From: Oikopleura dioica
Taxonomy: Eukaryota > Animalia > Chordata
NCBI GenBank assembly: GCA_907165135.1
Contig: OU015567.1
Location: forward strand, 14,136,001-14,200,000
Reading direction: 5' to 3'
Length of the DNA: 64,000 bases
Made by a program: the position numbers and the translations under genes. Below, in pieces: positions 10,108 to 19,526 of the stretch. The notes below the pieces were generated by a model. It worked only from the letters and a program-made list of their open reading frames with translations. It was not told where the DNA came from and searched no databases. Numbering within the stretch: the first letter of the stretch is position 1; each line of letters starts with the position of its first letter.

Positions 10108-11477
10108 TTATTGTGCGCCCGCCTGAATCCCGATATCCATCAATGTACTGCCGAACGGGAACTGCGCCAGAGTTTTGTCGAGTCGATTGAGATAGAGCCT
10201 TAACGCGTCAGTTATAATAAGATGATTGGCATTTTTACTAACCGTTGGAACAATCGTGCAATCGCTGTCACCCTCCTCATCCGAAACAGTAAATCGACCA
10301 AGGCTCTTTTGCCGCTGCTTTTTACGCGCACGCGGAGACTCGTGCAACCACATGTCGCCAGACTCACGTTCAATTGCTAAATTGCCAAAAATGCAAACAA
10401 GTAAAAACAAAAAAGTAACTGTCAAACAAAATATATTTTTCAAAAAAGAAAAATAAAAAACAGTTTAGCTTTCGCCAAATTTTTCTTTAGCTCGTCGATG
10501 GCTTGAGCGAGTTTGACAGATGGTTTCGGCGAGTAGGGATGAGCAGCAATGAGTTCCATTACGCGAGCAGCATTATCGGTCTGAACTAAATTGCTTAATT
10601 AACAGTCCAAACTATCAAGAATTTACCTTGAGGAGAAGATGTGGCGCAAGATGTGTCTGCAATTGGCGATTTTTGAAGCGCAGTGTACGGAAAGAAAACT
10701 CCATCCTCGCTAATGACGAGAGGAGAGTCTTTTGGTGGTGCTGGCAGTGCTTTTGGCGAATCGCGAGTTGGTGTTGCGCTATGGCGATGTGCAGCGAGAA
10801 TGCCCTCTTCAATCGCGGCGTAGCGTGTTGGCGTGAGCTTGAACGAAGCCGTATACTGACCCATGAAGAGTTGAGTGCTCAAATGTGGCGGATTCTTCTT
10901 GATTGCTGAATAATATTGAGTTGATAAAACGCCAGAAAAATTTTGTCTTTACCTTTCGCAACTCCCATAGCCGTTTTTCCATAGAGCACCGCTTTCTTGT
11001 GGCATCGCTTAATAAACGATTGCTTCTTTCGCTTTGGCGACTGGATTGAGAGCGCTCAAATTGTCGATTGAATTGGTTAATTTCAAAAGACGATCGCCTT
11101 CGCTTGCGGTTACCGCCTAAACAAAATTTAAACAAAAAGAGTAAACCCTGTTTTTAATTACCTCGTAGCTCGCTTGCGAGCTTAGGAATTGGCAGTGTTT
11201 TGAGAGCGGCGCCGCAAGTGTTGACCAACTTTCGTCCAATAGCAGTGCGCTCCGCGAATCTACACCGTTTTATTAAATAAGAAGAAAAAAGAAAAAGGTA
11301 CCTAGCACCGCGCTTGACAATCTTGCGAGCAAAGTGCTGCGCAATTGGCGATTCAACAATTGGCGAGTTGATAATGGCGACATTTTGAGTCGTTTTTCGA
11401 TGTCGCCAATGTGGAGTGTCTGGCCGAGGAGGGATTCGCGGAGGACCGAAAGTTGGCACGCGCTTTGAAGCCGACAT
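10108..11477 (-). CDS. Orphan gene H, multi-exon basic Pro-rich protein; exon chain only partly resolved and possibly fused to gene G
   Basis: ORF segments 11154-11477, 10809-11135, 10595-10882 and 10108-10443 are separated by short AT-rich intron-like gaps with gtaa/ttag ends. Confidence 0.55.
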
Positions 11478-11816
11478 CGATTACTCTATCAAGATTCTAA
11501 AAAGTAAAAGAAAACTAGTGAAAAATGTAAAAGGCTTCATTGTGACATTCAGTAAAGCAGGTGCTCGATAAAATGGTCGAAATCGCATGTCACTCAGGTT
11601 AGATTGGAAAAAGTTTAAAAGTCGCCGAGTGTTGATAAATTTTTCAGTAATACAAAATGACAGCAAAAGGAATTTTAAATGCAAAAGAAGGAAAAGCGAG
11701 GAAGGAACAATTGATAAGAGTTGAAGAGATAAAGGTTTAAGAATGAGCAATGAATAAGTCGTAGAGGTAATGATAAGAATGAAGGCGACAGATTCGAAAA
11801 TATTTAGAGAGAAAAA

Positions 11817-13434
11817 TTATCCTAAATGAAGCTCATAATTTGGTGCTACAAGGGTTGACTAGTTGGCGCGCAAGTAAAGTTAGTTGAGTTTTACCACAAC
11901 AGTATCCAAGTCGGCGTCGTAATGCGCAGTGACGTCAGCAGAAGAAGAATTGGCGACATCAATGGCATCAGACGCGGAATTGGCTTCGTTAAAGGACTCG
12001 GCAAGAGGATCAGCAGTAGTAGTGAGGGCTATCAATATAAAAGGATAAAACATGATAGCAAAAGGGCAAAATTAGGACCTTGGCGTGGAGAAGCAGTTTC
12101 TTCGTCGTTTTCAAGCTCTGGAACCTCGTCCATCGTAGCGCCAGAGCCGACCTCCTCCTCAAAAACGGCGTCGAGATGAGCCATTGCTTCGTCAGTTGAG
12201 CCGTCTTCATCCTCCTCGCCGGAAGAGCTGGTGAAAGCGGCCAAACGTCGACGCTCGGCTCTTTCCTCCTCGAGAAGTCGCGCATTCTGCCGTTCCATCC
12301 ACTCAGCAAAGCCAGCTAAACAAAAAGTTAAAATTGGCTTTTTTAAAAATTGTAAACTTACGGTTCATGCTGATGCTATCAAATTCCAAATCGGACGCCC
12401 ATTTTGTCGAAATGGATCGCGCGTCATCATCTTCGTCAGAAGCAACGGCGTCAGTGGCGTCGGCAGAAGCGCGGGTCGCGGTTGGAAGAGCAGTTGGGAA
12501 AGGGCTGGGAGCGGTTGGGATAGAGTTGGGAGCGGCGTCGGCGTCCTTGTCGTCCTCGGATGGACACTGGCGAGTGACACCGATGCACTGGCAGTGACAT
12601 TCGCAGGCTGGGTAGAGTCCCCGTCGACTGTCATTCAACGAACGTCGCCGTCGTCGTCCACTTCCGCCAACAAGTGAGTTGCCTTCGTCATTCTCAAGGC
12701 TCGGTCGTCGAGAGAGAGCAGGAACGTTGCTGGAATTCTCGCTGCCTCCGTCCAAGTGCGTTGGCAAGCACTTTGATTGGAGCGCAATGCACACGTAGAT
12801 GAAAACGGCGATGCAGGCGGAAGCGAGACATGCCAGCATCAGAAATGTGCAGTCGAATCGAAGTCGCTGGCCAAAAGGCGACATCTAAACAAAATAATCA
12901 AAATGGGCAATTTGGCAAAAACTTACAATTGCCGGGCCTTGATTGCGACCGTCATTTCGAAACGCAGCGCTAGAGTCGACAATTGGCATCGCTGTCGGCA
13001 TCGCAGCTTCCTGCGTCATCGGGATTTGATTTAATCCTGGCGCGTCGGGAAGTCCAGAACCAATTGGTCCAAGACCAGAAGCCTCAGGATCGTTGATCTC
13101 GCGATCAGTAGCAGCGGTCGTTTGCGGCGGCGGTGGTGGTGGTGCTTGACCGACAAACGATGGGTGGAAAGGCATGTTTCTACTAAAAGCAATTTTAATA
13201 ACCCATTTTATCTCTCAATTTAAAAACTTACCGAGAAGCTGGAGTGGCTGGTCGTAGAAATGTCGTCTCTAACGGGTGGCTTTCGACTGCCGATGCCAAA
13301 GAGCGAATAGACGAAGTCGGCGATTCTCTTCGCGAACGAGGAGGTGCACTTGAACGAGAGGGACTGCCCGGTCGTTGGCTTGGAGTGGATTGATGTTGCG
13401 GTTGAGGCACGGGGTAACCATCGTAAAGATACAT
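11817..13434 (-). CDS. Orphan gene I, predicted type II membrane protein: Pro/Ser-rich N-tail, TM, furin-like RRRRR|S, Cys cluster (CECHCQC...C), acidic C-region
   Basis: ORFs 13228-13434, 12885-13175, 12303-12884 and 12032-12298 plus small 3' exons join in phase across GT-AG introns. Confidence 0.65.
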
Positions 13435-13738
13435 TAGCGCCTCCGAGCCTTCAATCTGAAACTACAGTAACAGCGCTACGCCGCACCAAAAAGATTGAAC
13501 TCGTGAGAATAAAAAAACAGATAAAAGGCAACCAAATCAAAAAATCAAAGCGCAATATCTGTACAAGTCCGTCACCGGCAAAAATATTCTCTTTAATCGG
13601 GCAGTTAATCGTAACTCTGCCTTTTCTCATAGCCGGCAATTTCTCTAACAGTATTTTCTCTTTCTGGCTGGTAAAAATGATTTTTGCAATCCTTGGAAAA
13701 TTGCGGATTAATCGCGATTAGCGCCTTTTTCGAAATAT

Positions 13739-13847
13739 GCGCTCGGCTGCTCACTTCTGGAAATGAAAAATCACTGCGCCGGTCGCTCACTTCTGGAAAT
13801 GAAAATCACTGCGCCCGGCTGCTCACTTCTCGAAATGAAAATCACTG
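13739..13847. repeat. Three tandem 36-bp repeats (gctcacttctggaaatgaaaatcactgcgcc...)
   Basis: Units start at 13749, 13785 and 13821; intergenic, upstream of gene I. Confidence 0.9.
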
Positions 13848-14012
13848 AGACTAGACTGGGATTTTCCCTTTTTTTCGAAATCGCCTGCAATAAAATGGAC
13901 TCGCTAAAATTGCTAGTAAATTGTACTAGCAATCTTTTATAATTTAACAGAATAATTGTTTTTTATTTACTGTAACAAATGACAAAATGTTACAAGTAAA
14001 AAAGTTTTATTT

Positions 14013-15222
14013 TTATTGGCGCCAATCGTCGAAGGCGATTCGTCGTCGGCATCGTCGGAGCTGGTCGTATGACGGTCGCTCATCGTAATGCTCGTACTGG
14101 TTTTGTCGGGGAGTGTTTTTGATATCGGCCAAACCCGCTTCGATGTCTTTGACGGGGACTACCCACGTTGGAGTTTCAATGATGACTCCATAGGCGCCGC
14201 AATTGATCTCGGCTAACATTGCGCCCATTTCATCATTTTTATTTTTATAGATTTCCTCGGCGAGGGCGAACGCTCGCTCGAGGGGATCAGGGTACATCTG
14301 CTCGACTAAAAAATTTAGAATTAAAATTTGAAAATTTCAATTTTACTTACGGTTGTCAGGAACCATCAAATAGCCATGGGTGGTCCTGCAAAATCGGTTG
14401 GACACGGGACGAAAGTGGAAGGGTCCAGTTCGTCCGCTTGTCAGGCTCCGATATCGAGCAACTTCCTTCTCGCTGTCGCCAGCCTTTTTCGCCCTTGGCC
14501 CGTAGAAGATCGTCGCAAAATCGGCATTTCTCTTGCCCTGCTCAGACAGGGGAAGGGAAGAAGCGACGGAACGGTGCATAAAAGCAAAGTACTTTCTACG
14601 GTACACTTGCTTTGCAGCTTCGTCCAACGCCTCATATTCCCAATCTTCCAAAGGGACAAAATCGTCGCCGCTCTCCTCCTCCTCGTCGACGCCAGAGTAG
14701 CCATTTGATGACGCGTTGATGGAGGTCATTCCAAGCATCGAAGCGTCGGCCATTGTGGAACGGGTGCGATCCAAAAAGTTGGGATTTTCATCCTCGTCTC
14801 CAAATCGTCGGCCGCGTCGCGATTCGCGGCGAAGTGGTTTCTTGTACCCGACATGGGGTAAATTGAGCATGTGCGAAGGAGATCGCTCTTCTTGCACAAC
14901 AAAAGTAGCATCGGCCAGCGACTCGGCAGATGCAGCAGAACGCTCCAAAATGTTGGCGGCAGCAAACGACTCGTCGAGAGAATCGGGCTCGAGGTAGTTC
15001 GGTTCATCCCGCGCCGAGTATCGTCGAGATGGAGTGTGGACCACTTTTGTACCGTCCAGAAAGTACGAAGCCGGTGTTCGCTCGGGAAGTGGTGGTGGAC
15101 CGCGTTTTTCAACCTTGCTGCCCGACGCGCGTCGATTCCGACGCTCAGACTTTTCCTTTAAACCCTGCTTACAACTTGACCTGCTTAACTCGACGTACCT
15201 CGTACGAATTCTTGCGCGACAT
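14013..15222 (-). CDS. Orphan gene J, ~370 aa with a disordered acidic/basic N-region and a globular C-region
   Basis: ATG 15222 (MSRKNSYE|EKSERR) and two in-phase GT-AG introns link ORFs 14343-15242 and 14013-14297; AATAAA follows the stop. Confidence 0.7.
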
Positions 15223-15246
15223 TCAACCAAGGCTGCCAGCAAATAA

Positions 15247-15281
15247 AACTAAACTTGCTCGCTCAAACGGCCGCTTATATA
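15247..15281 (-). promoter_or_regulatory. TATA box (TATATAAG 15274-15281) plus Inr (TTAGTT 15247-15252) of gene J
   Basis: 31-bp spacing; the same geometry occurs at genes B and E. Confidence 0.65.
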
Positions 15282-15652
15282 GACATTGCTGAGAACAACA
15301 CCCTATTCTAGAGACTTTAAAAATAAAAATCATCAACATTTTTTTTTTGAACAGATGGTTTTATTCAACAGAAAATCAACATTAAAAGTTCTAGAACTCA
15401 ACTTTTAAAATCGAAAAAACTGCGTTTTTTTTGAAATGTTTTATAATTTGGGACAATCGCTTAAGGGTGGTGATGGGGAGGAAGGGGTTGAAGAGAATGC
15501 ACTAACTGCATTTATCTGTCATTTATTCGTATGTTTTTATATCTTCAGGTGTAGCTAACAAATGTGCAGAGCTGTCGCAAGTATCCGCGAAGCAATAAAT
15601 GGTCATAATTATTACCAAATGGAAAAGAAAAAAATTTTTGACATTTAACACA

Positions 15653-15829
15653 AAAATAGCGAATGAAAAACATCGGGTTAAAATGGCGAATGAAAAACAT
15701 CGGGTTAAAATGGCGAATGAAAAGCACCGGGTTAAAATGGCGAGGAAAAGCACCGGGTTAAAATGGCGAATAAAAAGCAGTGGGTAAAAATGGCGAGTAA
15801 AAGCACCGGGTTAAAATGGCGAGTAAAAG
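15653..15829. repeat. Tandem array of ~6.5 copies of a 26-27 bp unit, each with AAAAT(G/A)GCG (YY1-type motif)
   Basis: Consensus aaaatggcgaatgaaaagcaccgggtt; units start at 15653, 15680, 15707, 15734, 15760, 15787, 15813. Confidence 0.9.
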
Positions 15830-16023
15830 AAACGAGAAAACATGTAGATTATCGAGTGATTTATGCTGTCGACGAAAACAATTTTAAATAATCGTAGCAT
15901 TTACTTTAAGCAAAACTGATCAATGAAATCTCCGAAAATTTACAACTAACAGTTAACACTAAACATTAAGGAAATTAAAGAAATAAAGTGCGTATTCAAC
16001 CCCTAATCCATCAAAGCCAGCCA

Positions 16024-17313
16024 TTAATCAGTTACAATTGGATCAATCGTATCTGTGTTAACTTCGCCATCTTTTTTCTTTTGCTCAATATCCTTTGTTG
16101 CCAGTGTTCGATGAGAAATCGTTCGATGAGGACACCTTTCAACAAAAGATTGGCTCGAGTGGTTTTCGTGATTCATGGCAATGGATTTCGTTTCAACAAT
16201 GTCATAAATACGTTTCACCTCCTTGACGCCACTTCGCTTGCTTACTTTTATATTCAACATCTCGGCGGAGCGCTGCAAAGTTGCCATATCTCGTTTGTCG
16301 AATTTCATCCCATGAGCTAGTTTGAACTCGAGGAGAATCTTGTTGACACCATGCAACAGACGAGGAGCGCTTGTCCTTATAGGGAAGCTGTTTTTGAGGT
16401 TGTGCAGTCGGCGATGAAACTGGATCAACTTTTCAACATCCTTGTCGACTTGGGCGTCGTCCTCGTCGTCGTCAGTCTCTGGAACAACATTTGTTTTGCC
16501 GCTGTCATCATCATCGTCGGAACCGTCGAAGCTTGAATCGGGCGACGCAAGACTTTTAGCGGCAAGACCTTTTTGTCGGGTATACTCGACAACGGCATTC
16601 ATAAGTCGCGCCCGTACTTTGAGCTGTTCTTGGCAAAGTAATTCAAAAGTGACTAAAATTTTTCAGCTGAAAAATGTTTTTTTGAAGAAAAAATACCTCT
16701 TTCTCTTTCCAAGGCAATCTCCGCTTCGATCAAATTTGTTGGCAACAAGGAAGACTGAGACCGCTTCTCTTAACACAAAAATGAGAATACTGCCACGACA
16801 TTATCAATTTTGTGCTCGCACAACATTTTCAACAAACTCGTCAACTTTATAATTTGTGAAATTGCGCCGATAACTGACTCTCGCTCGTCAGTGAGCGGTC
16901 GCAACGCCTCAATACTTGGTACAAAAGCAGATCATTCTTGGCCAAATTTAACCACTTTTTGTACATTTCATTAGCTATGGCTGAGATAGAGTAGAGTTGA
17001 AATTGTGAAAAAAACACTACTGATCGACGCGATTGCGATGAATGTACACACTCGACATTTGTAACTGAGCAGATGCTGTCGCTGAGCAAAAGTGATATTA
17101 AGCGAAAATTTAAAAGTTCTTGATATTGCTTAGCTCAAGGACAGCGTTACGCTTACACTCGACATTACCCGATTCGTACAGGATCATCCACAACTGCAAA
17201 TCGGCCCATTTTTCTCCAATGGTGTCGACAGTTTTGCGCAGAAAGATGCTACAATCTGCCGGCAAGGCGCTTGCATAGTCTGGAATTGGTTTGCTGCTTG
17301 GTAGATTTGCCAT
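16024..17313 (-). CDS. Orphan gene(s) K: multi-exon, with an acidic linker (DDDDDS..DDDEDD) and basic C-region; may be two genes
   Basis: ORFs 17110-17313, 16847-17089 and 16024-16602 with intron-like gaps; junction phases not resolved. Confidence 0.5.
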
Positions 17314-17423
17314 CTTTCAAGTAAAAATATTTTACAAGTAGCACTTAAAAAGATTTTATTTGAGATGGAGATAGAGCGCGAGGCACTAGCGCGTCCCTTA
17401 ATTGCGGGAATTTGACTCAAAAT

Positions 17424-17554
17424 GCCCGACCCAGGTGGCGAGGGTCATTAAACCATACGCCGACAAACTTCTAGGGGCCCCGAGTTCGAATCACAGCCCA
17501 AGCAACACTGAAAGTGATAAAAAAAGGAATCGCAAATGATTCCAACTTATTTTT
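17424..17554 (+). ncRNA. Candidate RNA polymerase III transcript with a tRNA-type internal promoter (not a canonical tRNA)
   Basis: A-box-like TGGCGAGGGT 17436-17445; perfect B-box GTTCGAATC 17484-17492; hairpin GGAATC/GATTCC 17526-17543; TTTTT 17550-17554. Confidence 0.5.
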
Positions 17555-18225
17555 GAAAAAGTACGGAATAACAGTATAAAAGTCAGTGTAACGGGCGGAA
17601 ATCGACCACTTTCAACACAGGTAATGTTTAACCAAGGTAAAATCATTTTTTTCTGCATTTATTAAAAAAATATTGAGGTCGAAATAACAACTTTAAACTT
17701 TTCTCAAACAACACATTTGACTTGTTTAAACAATTGGGTATCAAAAAAGTTGACAATTCAGAATTTGACAAGCTCGCAGAACGCCTCGAAAAGTTTCATA
17801 TCCACTACCATTTGGACGACAACGAAGAGGACGAATATATGCGATGATTATAATTTTTTGTTGATTTTATTCAATTAATAAACATGGTAAGTTTGTAGCA
17901 GAGCTCAAGTTTCAGGTGTTTCGAGAACAGGTTTCATTTTTTAATCTTCTATTATCTATTATGCGAGTGAAAAACTAGCGCTTCATTTTATCTTTTTTAA
18001 TATTTCATTTTTGTTGTATGAATTCAGAAATTGCATTTTATTTTATACGGTGCCGATCTCGATCGCCATCGTTCGATTTTTGTCTCCACTAGAAAGCAGA
18101 AAACAGAATTTGTTGCGCTTTTGGCAGGAACCATAAACGCAAGTTTTTAAAGCTTTTTATAAATTTTACGCAACTGTGGCAATTGTTGCAAACTTGAGGT
18201 TAATTTTTTTCTAACATAGTGAGAA

Positions 18226-18609
18226 ATGCCGCCGCCAGAAACGCCCAAGGACCGACTAGAATACGCTGACATAATGAGAATCAACGTCGACAGCTGCACC
18301 CGCGCAACCCGCTCTGCCATGCACGTCGGAAATCGCCAAAAACCCATCTCGCCGGAATTGACCTTTTACTCGCCAGTTACCGTAAAAAGCTACCAGATAT
18401 TTATGGAAAAATATGCAGAAACTGCTCAACACCAAGCTGCCAATTTGAAAGTCGTCGCTGCCCTGCTCAAAGAAGATCGATACTACACTGCCTTTGAATT
18501 TCAGAAGCAAGAACAGATTAATATTGTGCAGAATACTTTTGACAGCTTCAAATACTCTACCCACCTGCTCAAATGCATGACGACTCTGTCTATTCCACTT
18601 GATCAATAA
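18226..18609 (+). CDS. Orphan 127 aa protein (the only clear plus-strand ORF of the block)
   Basis: ATG-initiated ORF with AATAAA right after the stop; no recognisable family. Confidence 0.55.
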   Translation: MPPPETPKDRLEYADIMRINVDSCTRATRSAMHVGNRQKPISPELTFYSPVTVKSYQIFMEKYAETAQHQAANLKVVAALLKEDRYYTAFEFQKQEQINIVQNTFDSFKYSTHLLKCMTTLSIPLDQ

Positions 18610-18649
18610 ATACATGCATGTGTTACTAAATGTTTTTACTGTATTGTAG

Positions 18650-19445
18650 TTTGGTAAATTTACAGCTTTGGCAGTAGTAAAAGAAGCACCGAAACTTTTT
18701 TGCGACAAAGTTGTGTTGCCAATCGATTTGTAGCACCGATCGCTAGAAATTTACTAGTTGGTTGAGCACTCAATTTGATTTACTTACAGTATGAAAGCAG
18801 GCTGAGAGTTGCCAGCATCTTGCGTAACCTTTTGGTATAGAGTCAGATTGTAGCTCGACATAGCTAAATTATTATTGGCGGAGCAGGTTAATTTTATGAA
18901 TATGATTGTGTTACATTTTAGCAAAGAGTCGAGGTGAATAGCAGTAGCAAGCAACACGATCGATATACCTGTTATGGTTTTTGATACTGCGAGTCAATTT
19001 GTAGACAGTATAAACGAATGGTTCGTTCTTCGGGTCGATATGGAGCATTGGTATCAGGGTCGAGCTGCAGCCCAACATTCAGCTCAGTTTGCTCGGCGAC
19101 GAAGCTAAATGAACAGCATTTAGTTTTTGAGCCATTTTTACGATTACGTAACTATTACGTCATCTATATGCATATGTGAATATTATATGCATATGTGAAT
19201 ATTATATGCATAATTATGTAACTATTACGTAATATATGAATATGCTTAATTATGAGTACATACGGAATCTGATGAACAAATTCGCCTTGAGCAGCGTGAG
19301 TGCCAGGGAACAGTGCTCCGAAACAGCGAGCCAATGAGCAGCAAGAGAAATTGGCTGAATGCGGGTCACTACTATAACTACTGTCGATAATTGGTGGACT
19401 CGGGCTATTGAGCGCGAGGAGCTTATCCCGCGCTGGAGATTTCAT
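18650..19445 (-). CDS. Hypothetical multi-exon gene head-to-head with LRWD1; 3' end unresolved
   Basis: ATG 19445 (MKSPARDKLL...); a gtatgt...tttag intron containing an AT-rich palindromic repeat; further exon-like segments to ~18650. Confidence 0.35.
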
Positions 19446-19526
19446 CGATTTCCGACTTTTTGACACCGATTTTACGCGTTTTTACGAAGCATAAAAAAGA
19501 GATTTACAAATTGGAAAGAAGGGAGA

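Noticed and set aside
11481-11810. Hydrophobic multi-TM ORF
   Set aside because: U-rich tract after the gene I stop with no suitable ATG; more likely 3' UTR or intergenic.
12880-13230. Trans-splice acceptors immediately before ATGs (operon model)
   Set aside because: The tttag sites before the ATGs at 13175 and 12884 pair with upstream gtaag donors and keep the frame, so they are ordinary introns.
4122-15394. TCTAGA (reported male-specific core promoter motif in Oikopleura) at 4122, ~15307 and ~15390
   Set aside because: A palindromic 6-mer that also occurs elsewhere in the window with no consistent spacing to predicted TSSs.
15523-15787. ORFs with repeated peptides (AILTRCFSF / KMANEKHRV)
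   Set aside because: By-products of the 27-bp tandem array.
13739-15829. CRISPR-like interpretation of the 36-bp and 27-bp repeat arrays
   Set aside because: Units are directly adjacent with no unique spacers, no cas genes, and the context is eukaryotic.
17424-17500. Bona fide tRNA gene
   Set aside because: Only the B-box/T-loop matches; the T-stem (CCGAG/CACAG) and acceptor stem do not pair and no anticodon arm is evident.
19290-19370. TAF6-like AHWLAV peptide in an alternative frame
   Set aside because: Lacks the following EGxQP motif and the frame closes after the next junction.
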